Source: Octopus vulgaris (Eukaryota). From it: a stretch of DNA of 64,000 nt. How positions within the stretch are numbered: position 1 is the first letter of the stretch; every line of letters starts with the position of its first letter. The position numbers and the translations under genes are program-made. The stretch is taken from positions 7,316,001 through 7,380,000 of the forward strand of contig CATOCA020000001.1 of the NCBI GenBank assembly GCA_951406725.2. The letters are read 5' to 3'. Of this stretch, positions 46,751-60,969 are shown piece after piece. The notes under the pieces are model-generated. The model was not told the DNA's origin, made no database searches, and saw only the letters and a program-made list of their open reading frames with translations.

Positions 46751-49239
46751 TCGTTCTTTCTTTCTTTCCCTTCCGCTTTCTTCCTCATTATATCTTACCC
46801 TTTCCATCTTCCTTTCTTTTTATTTCTTTTTCCTTTCTTTCTTTCTTTCTTTCTTTCTTTCGTTCTTTCTTTCTTTCTCTTCCTCTTTCTTCCATCACCT
46901 CATTATATCTTACCCTTTCCATCTTCCTTTCTTTTTATTTCTGAGACGCTACTTTCTTTCTAATAAATTATATTTTCAACTTTGCCTTAATTTTTTTGTC
47001 TCTAGTTTCTGTTGAGTAGAAACAAATAAATCATGTAACTAATGATTAATTACATAATTAATGTGTAATTCATAATTGAAGTAATTAAATAGTTCAATCA
47101 GTGATTGAAAATTTATGAAACATTTATAAAAAGAATTGTCCTATAAATAATTTCCCATCACGCTTGAAATAACCACCAAGTACACGAAGACATGCGTTGC
47201 TTTTGATAGAAAATTGAAGGGCACCTTAAGAGGGGTTTGTAGTCAGCCCCAAACACAAAACAAGGGATTTCATATCCTCAGAGTCTAATCCTTCATTTTT
47301 TATATAAATGAAAGGCAGTTACGATGAATTTATGAAAGAAACTCACTTCTATAATGTCTCGCATCCTTCGAGAAACATCAACCAAGGGACATCGGATCTG
47401 CGATGTTGTTTCATATAAAAAAGGATATTTGATGTAGCGTCTATAAAATAATAATGAAGCTTGATAGTTTACCATTCCTTATGTGAGCTTTGGCTGTGAT
47501 ATCTAGCAGTTCCAGAGGTCTTGTGCAGATTGCAGAAAAGAGGGAATTAAAGAGTAAGAACCGGAAGTGTAAAAAGGCGAAATTCTAAATGTCAAAAGTC
47601 AAACGAATCAGTTATACTCTTTACTCTCTCTTTTACTCTTTTACTTGTTTCAGTCATTTGACTGCGGCCATGCTGGAGCACCACCTTTTAGTACTTATTC
47701 TATCGGTCTCTTTTTGCCGAACCGCTAAGTGACGGGCACCTAAATACACCAGCATCGGTTGTCAAGCAATGCTAGGGGGACAAACACAGACACACAAACA
47801 CACACACACACATACATATATATACATATATACGACAGGCTTCTTTCAGTTTCCGTCTACCAAATCAACTCACAAGGCTTTGGTCGGCCCGGGGCTATAG
47901 CAGAAGACACTTGCCCAAGATGCCACGCAGTGGGACTGAACCCGCAACCGTGTGGTTGGTTAGCAAGCTACTTACCACACAGCCACTCCTGCGCCTATAT
48001 GTTATGTGTAGAAGTGTTCGATATTTATTGATAATGTTTTCTAAATAGTTCGATCTCTTATTTACATTGAATTCTAATTGGATATCTTCAGAGTCTGCGC
48101 AGTAAAACAGATTTTATTTAACACAACGGAAAGTAATACAGTTGAAAGCAAAAAGGGATGCAAGAAGAGTTACTACCCTTGGTTCGTCTGTCTTGTTTCC
48201 TCCCACTCCAATATTCCTCACCTCTCACTCTCCCTCGCTTCAGACGACGCCCTTTCTCTCTCTCTAACACTCCCACCTCATTATATAATCCAATAAGACT
48301 CCGCCCCTTTTACTTTCTTTATTACCTCTTACTCTTCCTCTATTAATATATTTATTCGGTCGCCATCAACTTCTCTCTGTCTCTTTCTCTCTCTTTTATC
48401 TGTCCCTCCCTCCCCCCTCATTATACGCTTCCTCTCACTTGTTATCACTCTCCCTCCCTTTCACCTTTTCTATCTCTCACTTCTCCCTCTTTCTCTCCTT
48501 CCTCTCAGTAACTCATTATTTATTTATTTTAACCACTCCGCCTCCCTTGCAATATCGCTCACCTCATCCTCCCCCTCACTCACCAAACATATATATATCA
48601 GTGTCTCTCTCTCTCTCTCTCTCTCTCTCTTCCTCTCTCTCTCTTTCACTGCATTACTTAATATCCTATCACTCCTCCTCTTTTACTTTCACTCTTGCCT
48701 CATACTTTCCCTTTTATGCAAATTTTATATTTCACTCCCTTTCTGACTTCTATTTCTCTCTCTCACTTTCTCTCTCTCTTTCTTTCTCTCTCTCTCCCTC
48801 TCCCCCTCTCTGCCATCTCCATTTCTCTCTCTAACATCCCTTTCTCTCTCTCTCCCTTTGTCTGTATGTCTCTGTGAATATCTGATTCTCTCTCTCTCTC
48901 TCTCTTTCCCCATCTAGTTCTTCCTCATGTTTTCTCTCTCCTTCTCCTTCTCTCTCCTTCTCCTTCTCTCTGTCTCCTTCTCTCCCTCTCTCTTCCCCCT
49001 CTATATATTAACACTTCGCCTTTTTCTCTTCGTCTCTCAACTCATACTTTCCCTCTCTACTTAAAACGTTTTCTTCTATTTCGCTCTTTCTCTCTTCCTC
49101 TCCTTCTTCCTCTTTCTCCCTCTCTCACCTCCTCCTCCATTGCAGAATCACTTCACCTTTCTTTCTTCCTTTAGTTTTTTCTATATTCCTTCCTGTCACT
49201 CTTTCTTTCTTTCTCTCTTTCTTTCTTTCCTTCTTTATT

Positions 49240-49274
<35 letters not shown>

Positions 49275-49938
49275 ATCTGTCATTTTTCTCTCTTTCTTAG
49301 TTTCCTTCTTTGTTTCTTTCATTCTGTCTTTCTTCCTTTCCTTTCTTTTTCCTTTCCTTCCTTTTTCCTTTCTTTCTTTCTTTCTTTCTTCCTTTATTTC
49401 TCTCTTCCTTTCTCTCTTTCTTTCTTCCTTTCTTTTTTATATTTATTTCTTCCTTTCTTTCTGTCTTTCGTTCAACATTTTTATCTTTCTTCTTATCTTT
49501 CTTTCTTTCCCTCTTTCTTTTCTTCTTTCTTTATTTATTTATTACTTTCCACCTTTCTTTCTCCCTTTCTTTCTTTCTTAGTTTATTTCGTTCTCTCTCT
49601 CTTCTTCCTTCCTTTCTTTCCCTCTTTTTCTCTATCTTTCTTTCCTCCTTTTCTTCTCCATTTCTTTCTTTCTTTCTGACTTTCAATCATTCTTTCTTTC
49701 TTTCTTTCATACATTCTTCCTTTCTTTCTTTCTGTCTATCCTTCGTTCTTTCTTTCTTCCTTTCTTTCTGTCTTTCTTTCTTCCTTTCGTTCTTTCTTTC
49801 TTCCTTTCATTCATTTTCTTTCCTTTCTTTCTTCCTTTCCTTCATTCTTTCTTCCTTTCTTTATTCCTTTCTGTCTTAGCCTCTTTCTTTCTTCCTTTCT
49901 ATCTTTCTTCATTTCTTTTTTTCTTTCTTCCTTCCTTC

Positions 49939-50003
<65 letters not shown>

Positions 50004-50542
50004 TCTCAGTCTTTCTGTCTTTCTTTTTTCTTTCTTTCTTCTTTCTTTCTTTCTTTCTTTCTTTCGATCCTTCGTTCTTTCTTTCTTTCTTTCTTCCTTT
50101 CTTTCTTTCTTTGTTTCTTTCTTCCTCGCAGTATTTCTGTCTTTCTTTTTTCTTTCTTTCTTACTTTCTTTCTTTCTTACTTTCTCTTTTCCTTCCTTTC
50201 TTTCTTTCTTCCTGTCAGTCTAGCTTTCTTTCTTTCTTCCTTTCTTTCTTTCTTCCTCTCTTTCTTTCTTCCTTTCTTTCATTCTTCCTTCCTTACTTTC
50301 TTTCTTCCTGTCAGTCTTTCTTTCTTCCTTTCTTCTTTCTTTCTTTCTTTCTTTCTATCTTCTTTCTTTCTTTCTTTCTTTCTTCCTTTCTTTCGTTCTT
50401 TCTATCTTCCTTTCTTTCTTTCTTTCTTCCTTTCTTTCGTTCTTCCTTTCTTTCTTTCTTCCTTTCTTCCTTTCTTTCTGTTCTTTCTTTCTTTCTTCCT
50501 TTCTTTCTTTCTTTTCTTTCTTTCTTTCCTTTCTTTCTTCCT

Positions 50543-50574
<32 letters not shown>

Positions 50575-50683
50575 TGTTTCTTCCTTCCTTTCTTTCTTTC
50601 TTCTTTCTTTCTTCCTTCTTTCTTTCTTTCTTTCTTCTTTCTTTCTTTCTTTCTTTCTGTCTTCTTTCTTCCTTTCTTTCTCT

Positions 50684-50723
<40 letters not shown>

Positions 50724-50725
50724 TT

Positions 50726-50821
<96 letters not shown>

Positions 50822-50823
50822 TC

Positions 50824-50854
<31 letters not shown>

Positions 50855-50857
50855 TCC

Positions 50858-50920
<63 letters not shown>

Positions 50921-50986
50921 TTTCTTTCTTTCTTTCTTTCTTCTTCCTTTCTTTCTTTCTTCCTTTCTTTCTTTCTTTTTCTTCCT

Positions 50987-51047
<61 letters not shown>

Positions 51048-51080
51048 TTTCTTTCTTTCTTTTCTTTCTTTCTTTTCTAC

Positions 51081-51133
<53 letters not shown>

Positions 51134-51148
51134 TTTCTGTCTTTCTTC

Positions 51149-51190
<42 letters not shown>

Positions 51191-51754
51191 CTCTTCCTTT
51201 CTCTCTTTCTTTCTTCCTTTCTTTTTTTATTTATTTCTTCCTTTCTTTCTGTCTTTCGTTCTACGTTTTTATCTTTCTTCTTACATGTCTTTCTTTCCCT
51301 CCTTCTTTGCTTCTTTCTTTATTTATTTATTACTTTCCACCTTTCTTTCTCCCTTTCTTTCTTTTTTCATTTATTTCTTTCCCTCTTTCTCTCTTTCGTT
51401 CTTTCCTCCTTTCCTTCTCCATTTTTTTAATTCTGTTTTTCTTTCTTTCTCTCTTTCCAGCGTTCTTTCTTTCTTTATTTCTTTATTTATCATTTTCTTC
51501 TTTCTTTCTTTCTCCCTTTCTTTCTTTCTCTCTTTCTTTTTATCCTCCTTTCTTTCTTTCATTCTTTCTTCAAATCTTTTTTTCTATCTTTCTTTCTTTC
51601 TTTCTTGCTTTCTTTCCTTCCCTCTTTCTGTCCTTCTTTTTTCTCCATTTGTTTCATTCCACATTTCTTTCTCCCTTTCTTTCTTTCCTCGTTTATTTCG
51701 TTCTCTCTCTCTTCTTCCTTCCTTTCTTTCCCTCTTTTTCTCTTTCTTTCTTTC

Positions 51755-51813
<59 letters not shown>

Positions 51814-52152
51814 TCATACTTTCTTCCTTTCTTTCTTTCTTTCTATCCTTTGTTCTTTCTTTCTTCTTTCTTTTTCTTTCTTTCTTCTTTCTTTCTTTCT
51901 TTCTTTCTTCCTTTCCTTCATTCTTTCTTCCTTTCTTTCTTCCTTTCTTCTTACTTCTTTCTTTCTTCCTTCCTTTCTTTCTTTCTTTCTTCTCTTTTCT
52001 TTCTTTTTTCATTTCTTCCTTCCTTTCTTTCTTTCTTCCTTTCTTTCTTTCTTTCTTTCTTCCTTTCTTTCTTCCTTTCTTTCTTCTTTCTTTCTTCTTT
52101 CTTCTTTCTTTCTTTTTCTTTCTTTCTTTCTTTCTTTCTTCTTTCTTTCTTC

Positions 52153-52195
<43 letters not shown>

Positions 52196-52266
52196 TTTCT
52201 TTCTTCCTTTCTTTCTTTCTTCCTTTCTTTCTTTCTTTCTTCCTGTCAGGCGTTCTTTCTTTCTTC

Positions 52267-52337
<71 letters not shown>

Positions 52338-52384
52338 TTCCTTTCTTTCTTTCTTCCTTTCTTTCTTTCTTCCTTTCTTTCTTC

Positions 52385-52448
<64 letters not shown>

Positions 52449-52568
52449 TCTTTCTTTCTTCCTTTCTTTCTTTCTTTCTTTCTTTCTTCCTTTCTTTCTT
52501 TCTTTCTTCCTTTCTTTCTTTCTTTCTTCCTTTCTTTCTTCTTTCTTTCTTTTTCTTTCTTTCTTTCT

Positions 52569-52602
<34 letters not shown>

Positions 52603-52641
52603 TTTCTTTCTTTCTTTCTTTCTTCCTTTCTTTCTTTCTTC

Positions 52642-52720
<79 letters not shown>

Positions 52721-52803
52721 TTTCTTTCTTCTCTTTCTTTCTTTCTTCCTTCTTTCTTTCTTTCTTTCTTTTTCTTTCTTTCTTTCTCCTTTCTTTCTTT
52801 TTC

Positions 52804-52864
<61 letters not shown>

Positions 52865-52903
52865 TTTCTTTCTTCCTTCTTTCTTTCTTTCTTTCTTTCT
52901 TTT

Positions 52904-52936
<33 letters not shown>

Positions 52937-52937
52937 T

Positions 52938-52975
<38 letters not shown>

Positions 52976-53040
52976 TTTGTTTCTTCCTTCCTTCTTTTTC
53001 TTTCTTCCTTTCTTTCTTTCCTTTCTTTCTTTCTTTCTTC

Positions 53041-53091
<51 letters not shown>

Positions 53092-53183
53092 TCCTTTTCT
53101 TTCTTCTCTTTCTTTCTTTCTTTCTTACTTTCTTCCTTTGTTTCTTCCTTCCTTTCTTTCTTTCTTCTTCCTTTCTTTCTTTC

Positions 53184-53220
<37 letters not shown>

Positions 53221-53238
53221 TTTCTTTTTCTTTCTTTT

Positions 53239-53273
<35 letters not shown>

Positions 53274-53427
53274 CTTCTTTCTTTCTTCTTCTTTTCTTTC
53301 TTTCTTTCTTTCTTTCCTTTCTTCTTTCTTCCTTTGTTTCTTCCTTCCTTTCTTTCCTTCTTTCTATCTTCCTTTCTTTCTTCCTTCCTTTCTTTCTTTC
53401 TTTCTTTCTTCCTTTCTTTCTTCCTTC

Positions 53428-53460
<33 letters not shown>

Positions 53461-56400
53461 TGTCAGGCGTTCTTTCTTTCTTCCTTTCTTTCTTTCTTTC
53501 TTTCTTTCTTCCTTTCTATCTTTCTTTCTTCCTTTCTTTCTTCCTTCCTTTCTTTCTTCCTTTCTTTCTTTCTTTCTATCTATCTTTCCTTTCCTGTTTT
53601 TCTTTCTTTCTTCCTTCATTTCTCTCATTCTTTCTTTCTTCCTTCCTTCCTTTCTTTCTTCCTTTCTTTCTTCCTTTGTCATTGCGTTTGAGTCGACCCT
53701 CCTACATTCTGTTGAATAAGAATTATATAGACAGATATTTACAGAAGGGGGTCATACTGAGCTGGGGGTCACTAGTTTCCCTGTATATTTCGTTTACCAG
53801 GGAATCCAGAAAAGTCAGACGGGACCTGGCTGTATTGCGGCGAGATTTACCAAACCCTCGTGATTCAATATGATACAGCTGGATTTTCTGCCAGAGAGTT
53901 GAGTGAATGTCAGTGAACATACAAATATTTTACATTGTAGAAAGGAGAATTCGAAACTGAAACTCCTCAATAACTCCATTCATTTTAGCAACGCCATCTT
54001 AGAACTGACAGCTTGTTTTTTATCGGTTAGTCCTGTCTTACCTATAAAAGTAAGATCATTTCCTCTGTCCCTCAGCCGATTGCACGTTCTACATCACACA
54101 CTTCCATTAAACATTCTTTGATTACATTATCAGATGAATGACATATATTCACAGAATCTTGTGTAGCTTCACCCCAAAAACATAAACCTTTTGTTCCTGC
54201 CGAGATTTCATTTAATATTTTCTTGTTTAAGTAGATAACTTCTTGAGTTATTTCAATAATTTCAGAGTATTGACATCCACCGTTTGTTTGTAGACGAGTT
54301 ACTTTGTACAGCATCCAGATGGTCCTTAATAATTGTTATATTTGTCAAAACCTTGAATCCCTGTTTCCTCTGTTTAAACGTATTTCTCTCTCATCCTCAC
54401 TAAATATAAAAACAGCTTTACCATCTTGGGTGATAATATTTCTTTATTTCCCTCTCATTCGAAAAGAACGAGACAAAAGCGATCTCTTACACACGACTCG
54501 AAATGCTGTTTGCTGGAACGTGCTTTCTAGAGAAGCCATTCCACTGCCATTTAATGTGTCTCTTTTTGTATAAGAAACGATCTGCAATTCGGGGTGTGGT
54601 GATGCGCCGTGTAGCACGATGTTACACAGTTTAGAGCGATGCAGTGTGGTTTAGCACTTGTAACGATCTTAGTCTCCTCCGTCAATTTTGTCTTCTCTTT
54701 CTCAGCACTGACCAGGAATTTCGTCGAGACAGAGGTTTTGCTGAGTGACCGACGAGTACTTGAACACTTACACTGACTCACACTCTGGCAATTAACATCG
54801 TCCTTCGTTCCTGGACAGATACAAATCAATCAAGAAATAAATAAAGACAAACTGTCCTGCACACCGTTGCACATGCCGGATGATGCAATGTTCAGATGAA
54901 ATCTGGGCAGTCATGTATGTATTCCACCGCGTACCAAAAGCTTGGGTCTGGTTCACCAGTAGCCAGATCATATGTGTATGTCCATGTATAATTCATGCCG
55001 TCGACATATCTGGGTTTGTTGCCATTTTCGCCTGACCCCCAACAGTAAGAAAACCTCAGAGACAAATGCAAAAGCATGAGATTCTTCTAATAAAGATTGT
55101 AAGTGTCCTTTCATTGGGGTTGGTGGCAGGTGACAGAAATGTATGTGAGATCGTCTCTATGGAAAGCAGCTTGACAAATCCTCACACGGGGCTCTTCTAC
55201 TTTGCCCCTTTCCCGTTTGTGTTGAGCATGTTCCATAACGGAATCAATGTCGTTATGTACCAATTTGGAAACGTGCGTGAAAGGAGCAGAGTTCGTCATC
55301 GCGCGACAGACGGAATCTGGGTCCTTGGCAATAACTTTAGTGAGCAGCGCAAAATGTAGAATTCATGTCGTCGGATAAAACTAAAATCGGTGCACCAGGC
55401 AACATCGCAACCCTTAGTGTGGATCAAAGTGGATAGCTGCTCTACTAAGTACATCACACCCAAACAGTAAATGCAGTCGTATGCAGACATCATTTTAGTC
55501 ACGAATGTACAGTCAACCGCGTGAATTTCGGTTTCATTTATACGAACGACGAAAGTATTTCCCGCCCTCTGACTTCCCCTGTTGCGTGATTTAGCTTGTT
55601 GATCACGATGTAGCTTGGTGTAATGCGGTGTTGTGCGGTGCAATGGGGAGAAGCGCAGCAAAATCTTCATAGCTCTGTTGTTTGCCAGTTGAGATCCAAC
55701 AGATGCTTGCTGTTCGTCACTTCAAACTGTGGGTCTTTGTGGTATGCAAGCAATCATTTTCGACTCAATTTATACGAAGGAAAGGCTGACCACGAGTTTG
55801 GTGGTTAACAATTTCGTCGGACGACCAAGTGGACGTTATCAGTGGTGGGCCGCTGTTCAAGTGGTTTGCAGGACACACGAATACACACGACACGTCTGTG
55901 TCTTCGCAATTAGCCGGAGAGGGTTGAAGATGCCGATGTACTGGCGGCCACTGGATGCGGTAATTCACGCGGTCTCCCCGCTCGCCACCAGACGTTTATT
56001 TTCCGTATTTGGACGTATCAACAGCTAGCAGGTAGAATAAGAGACGGACATACACAGAAGGTGTCCGTCGGCGAACTGTTGGGCAACGAATAGAGATAGA
56101 GAGGGAGGATCTTCCTATGAGAGGCCGTTATTTGACGAGCGATTGATGACGACTCTGAACCTTTGCTACACTCGCACGCTTCAATTACTGAAACGGCTCC
56201 GTCCCCTAATAAACTCGATACACTTGGCTATTAAGCAAGGAATTGTGGCCACGAAACTGGCCGCACCCGTCGGATGTTACTCTGACCACCTTCATTTCAC
56301 AGATGTGTCTGCACATTCATCACTCTTTCCAGCCTCCCACTCCAATTTCGAACACTCTTACCACTGAACTGGGATGTTTCGCCAAGACAGTTCTTCTGTG

Positions 56401-56714
56401 TGTGCCCCCATCTGCATTCGATCCACTTGCCGCTATCCTTGTCCCAGAAGTATAGTAAAACCGTTAGTCTCACGTGCTCCAACAGATGTCTGCTCCTTCG
56501 TACTGAATTTGACCGAAGAAAACGTAAATATTTGTTGTCATCGTCCGATAAATATAATAATCCGCCAGTTTCACTGTACCTTACAGACATCTGTTTATTA
56601 TCATTACTTTTTTGTGTGCTCGATCCGGCTGACAAAACCGCGGTCATCTCTCGAAGTTTATTAGAAGGGAACAGCTACGTTCACGCTAACTGTTGCATAT
56701 CCATTATGAGTTGA

Positions 56715-56915
56715 TGGAAGGCAGCAAGCTAGACGAAATGCTTTGAGGTATTTCGCCCGTCGATACGTTCTGAGTTCAAATTCCGCCGAGGTCGACTTTG
56801 CCTTTCATCCTTTCGGGGTTGATAAATTAAGTACCAGCTGAGTACTGGGGTCGATGTAATCGACTAGTCCCCTCCCACCCAAATTTCAGGCCTTGTGACT
56901 ATAATAGAAAGAATT
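56715..56915 (+). mobile_element. CORE-type SINE
   Basis: gttctgagttcaaattccgccgaggtcgactttgcctttcatcctttcggggttgataaattaagtacc. Confidence 0.8.
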
Positions 56916-57056
56916 ATAAATTGATGGATCACAAGGACAGGAGTCGATTCCCTGATGTCAGCTCGTGTCAGGATTTATGTGTGCGTGTCCATTAAACCCT
57001 TTTTTTTATCACAACAGAAACTGCTGTAACCCTAATCTACTCAATACGAAAGATAT

Positions 57057-57456
57057 ACTCTTTACTCTTTTACTTGTTTCAGTCATTTGACTGCGGCCAT
57101 GCTGGAGCACCGCCTTTAATCGAGCAACTCGACCCCGGGACTTATTCTTTTGTAAGCCCAGTACTCATTCTATCACTCTCTTTTGCCGAACCGCTAAGTA
57201 ACGGGGACATAAACACACCAGCATCGGTTGTCAAGCAATGCTAGGGGGACAAACACAGACACACAAACACACACACATATATATACATATATACGACAGG
57301 CTTCTTTCAGTTTCCGTCTACCATATCCACTCACAAGGCATTGGTCGGCCCGGGGCGATAGCAGAAGACACTTGCCCAAGATGCCACGCAGTGGGACTGA
57401 ACCCGGAACCATGTGGTTGGTTAGCAAGCTACTTACCACACAGCCACTCCTGCGCC
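57057..57456 (-). mobile_element. Full-length SINE family 1
   Basis: Near-identical to 47615-47995, with an extra internal segment. Confidence 0.88.
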
Positions 57457-59319
57457 TATGAGCTGGAAATTTCCTTTAAAATATCTCCAATTTTCTGAAC
57501 GTTATAAGAAAACAAATTCGGAGCGGAGCACAGTGATACAACAAAATGATAAATGATACGACAAAATGTCTACAAGTTTTAGATAGATATCTAACATTGA
57601 CAGTCGGAGCTTGTGTATTTTCAAACCTCAATTGATTTACTTCAATTTTACATCAGATAATTGTGCTGTGTTTCAAACTTACGCTTCTTATTGTTCTTTC
57701 GTTTTATGCTTACCTACAATAGCCACATAACTTTACTGGTCAGCCAAATCTCTCCAAATATATGATAAATGCTAAATCAGTTCCATCACCTCAACTTGTT
57801 TTCTTATCGATTGAATTTTAATTTCGAGTTCTTGGCTGATCCTTTATTTAGACAAAATCCAAAGATGACTCAGCAGCTGTGTCCCACAAATAGAATAGAG
57901 TTAGACGGTGAATAGGTGACGGACACACACACACACATGAAAGGTGTCCCCCCGGACATCTGAGAGAGAGTCACAAACACGGATACTTTAATACAGCGGG
58001 GATTGTGTAATACACTGCTGTTTATTTTGTCATATCTTCCCAGCATTATCCATCATTTGCAGACGCGGTGTGCCGCGATGTGACTCGGTGTAGTGCCGTG
58101 CAGTATGGTGTGACGCAGTATAACCTACATAGTCTTATTCATCAGCAATTCATTCTCTAAATATATTTTGCTAGCCAGGGCTTCGACCACACGAGGGGAC
58201 GTTATTTGGCGATGCAAACCCTACATATTCGATAATTGATCACAAAAGACGACTGTGCCCATCGGATGTCTCTCTGTCCACCTGCATTTCATAGATATCC
58301 CCAAACATTCGTCTCCGCTCTCCATCTCACGCCACTGGACTAAGTCTTTGTTCGGCTAAAGATGACAGATTGAGATGTGAGGACATCTGGATGGAAAGCA
58401 GCTTGACTGAGCATCATCTAATGGGTGCTGTCAACTCTGAAGCCATTCGAGGACAGTAGAAAGAGCATCCGGGTTGCCGGATAAAAAGATGGTCACTACA
58501 CTGCGCCTTGTACATCCGGGCAGTTTACCTCGTGGGGAGAGAGTCTATCCGTTGTCTTGGTAATTACAACTTTATTCTTTGCTAGGTTAACTTCTTACCC
58601 TCTAGATCCCAATCTTTGCTTCCATACCTGAAATGTCTTTACCAATTCTGATACAGGTACCATTATAAGACGAAGGTGATCCGTATATAAAAGTTCTCTA
58701 GAGGAGTCACTTGTAAGTTCCTTGTTATGGCCAAGAGGACAATGATAAGCAGGAGGCCAAGAACCGAACCTCGGTGAAGTACCTGCTCTCTAAATTCATT
58801 ACCCTACTCATGATTAACTTTCCCCTTGCTGACAAATCCCCTGTTCATGGCTTGTATGCCTTTCACTAGCCACCCATCTACCTCTAACCTCCTCAGAGCC
58901 CACTAGATCGCAGATAAAGGGACTCTGTTGAAGTCTTAAGTCCTAAATAACATTTTGATGAAAATTTATTTAACAGAAAGAAAATTCTTTATTCACGACA
59001 AATTGTTTCGTTTCTTGAAACATGGAAATAATTTATATTATTCTCTCTAATAATGAATAAATTACAGGCCTGTATTAATGCAAAATGCTAAAATTCCTTT
59101 CAAAATAATTCAGAACTTCAGCTACGTCATCAGGTGAAAGAAATGTTTTGTTAAATAGTCGGGTCTCGATGTAGGAAGGCAAAGTCAAAATTTTAAAATA
59201 CTATGGAAGACAATAATAATAAAAATTCATAAAAGTTAATAAAACTATCTCCTAATATATGGAAGGGAATTTAAGTAATATAATTAAAAATGACATCTAT
59301 ATACTTCTCTGTACCTTTT

Positions 59320-59715
59320 CAAGTTCCTCAACAAACTCGTGCCATCAGGGTTTCCATTATATATTCTCAAGCGAAAGAAAAGAAGCTGCATTAGGTTTTA
59401 CAGAAATGTGGATGCTACACATGGCCATTACAATGGCATAGGCTACATCATTGTCTGCTTCTACGATCGTGTTATTGCGGCTGAGGTTGTTTGTGGTCCT
59501 TTTGTAGGATCAATGCTGGTAATATCAAAGATCCCACATGGGTTTCAATGAATGGAGTTCCCATTCACATTTAGCACAGAAACAATTCCATGTAAAGCAG
59601 CCTTTGCCCTCCACATGCAACAAAGCACGGTGACAGACGTTTAAACAAATTGGAATATATCTTCGCACACAATTTGTCTCCCACGTTCAGCTGTATTTTG
59701 CATTATCAAGTGTTA
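59320..59715 (+). pseudogene. Helitron-type PIF1 helicase C-terminal relic
   Basis: FLNKLVPSGFPLYILK...RNVDATHGHYNG...KIPH..*MEFPFTF / TCNKAR*QTFKQIGIYL...SHVQLYFALSSV matches the PIF1 motifs PSGxPPH, RNL..GxCNG, TxNKxQGQT and HGQLYVALSRV. Confidence 0.85.
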
Positions 59716-60644
59716 CGATGAAAGCTAATGGGTCATTCCAAAAGAACTCAGTCAAAGCTGTGGACGTGCCCAACACAGATTTGGCACAAAATTATTTTGG
59801 GAATACCGCTATGTGCACAAGGGACATACTTATGATTTTAGGGTCCAACTCCGAAAGGTTTCAATGATACACCCCACCAAAATTTGAGAGCTACACCCCT
59901 CGGGTTGCTCTAATGTCAGTTTATACAGATTGTGTTGAACACCTTTAATACTAATGATAATATTTGTCTAAGAGTAGCTACTCCGGGTAATCTGAACGCA
60001 CCCTGTCAGCATCTGCTGTCGGAATTGCTCTATCTTCTTCCATATTCACGTTATTGGTCTCTCAAATATGAATCCTTTCATAAGCGGACATTTTTAAAAA
60101 ATCAATATTCGAGGGACCCTCATGGGACCAAGAAGCATAATACAAGCAAACTTCTGCTGAGTTTCTTCAATTTCAGGACTAATCTGTCCATGATAGGAAG
60201 ACTGACAATGTACCAGGCATAAACAATATTTAGAGGAGGCCTCTGAAAATGGTTCGAGGTGAACACAACTCATTCTTCTGACAGGTTTTGCCTCGTAAGT
60301 TCACCCTGTGAACAATTAAACAAGGGAATGAAACTTGTGATGCAGGAATGTATGTATCCATACTTTATCCGTTCAAAATTTCAACTGGTTTTCTCATCTC
60401 CTTCATACTTAATTCATGTTATTGGCCTACGATTAGTTTTAAAGATGTTCAGCAGCAAATTATGTATAAATTGACATCCACTCTCCACGAGGGACTTGGC
60501 CCTCAAATTTTGGCGGGGCATATCTTTGAAACCTTTAGGAGTTTGGCTCTATAATTATACGTGTTGTGTTCCTTGTCCATGTTAGAGGTATTGCCAAAAA
60601 CAATTTGAGCCAAATCTTGTTTTAACATTGGGTGAGTTCGTGAA

Positions 60645-60969
60645 GGAACTCTCTGTCGGTTACCACGACACGGATCCCAGCTGATACGATCAACGGAACA
60701 GCTTGTTCGTGAACTTAACGTGCAAGTGGCCGAGTGCTCCACAGACACGTGTATCCTTAACGCACTTCTCAGGGAGATTCAGCGTGACACAAAGTGTGAC
60801 AAGGCCGGCCATTTGAAATACATGTACTACACATTTTTGCCAGCTGAGTGGACGGGATTAACATGAAATAAAGTGTCTTCCTCAAGGACACAACGCGTCG
60901 CTGGGAATTGAACTCACAACATTACGATCGTGAACCGAATGCCCTAATCACTAAGCCACGCGCCTTCAC
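60645..60969 (-). mobile_element. tRNA-derived SINE family 3
   Basis: Minus-strand head gtgaaggcgcgtggcttagtgattagggc...gagttcaattccc, then ttgtgtccttgaggaagacacttt. A related head fragment lies at about 16940-16990 and its mirror. Confidence 0.8.

Larger units (their letters stand above)
27341..54773 (-). repeat. Right arm of giant inverted duplication (may extend beyond 54773)
   Basis: Reverse complement of 1-25437 with substitutions and arm-specific indels. Confidence 0.97.

Noticed and set aside
1-54773. Simple fold-back chimeric-read artefact
   Set aside because: The arms differ by whole insertions, deletions and many substitutions, and a unique spacer exists. A haplotype misjoin still needs testing.
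59109-59138. Minus-strand CTGATGA...GAAG motif resembling a hammerhead
   Set aside because: Stem II is not formed; at most a decayed relic.
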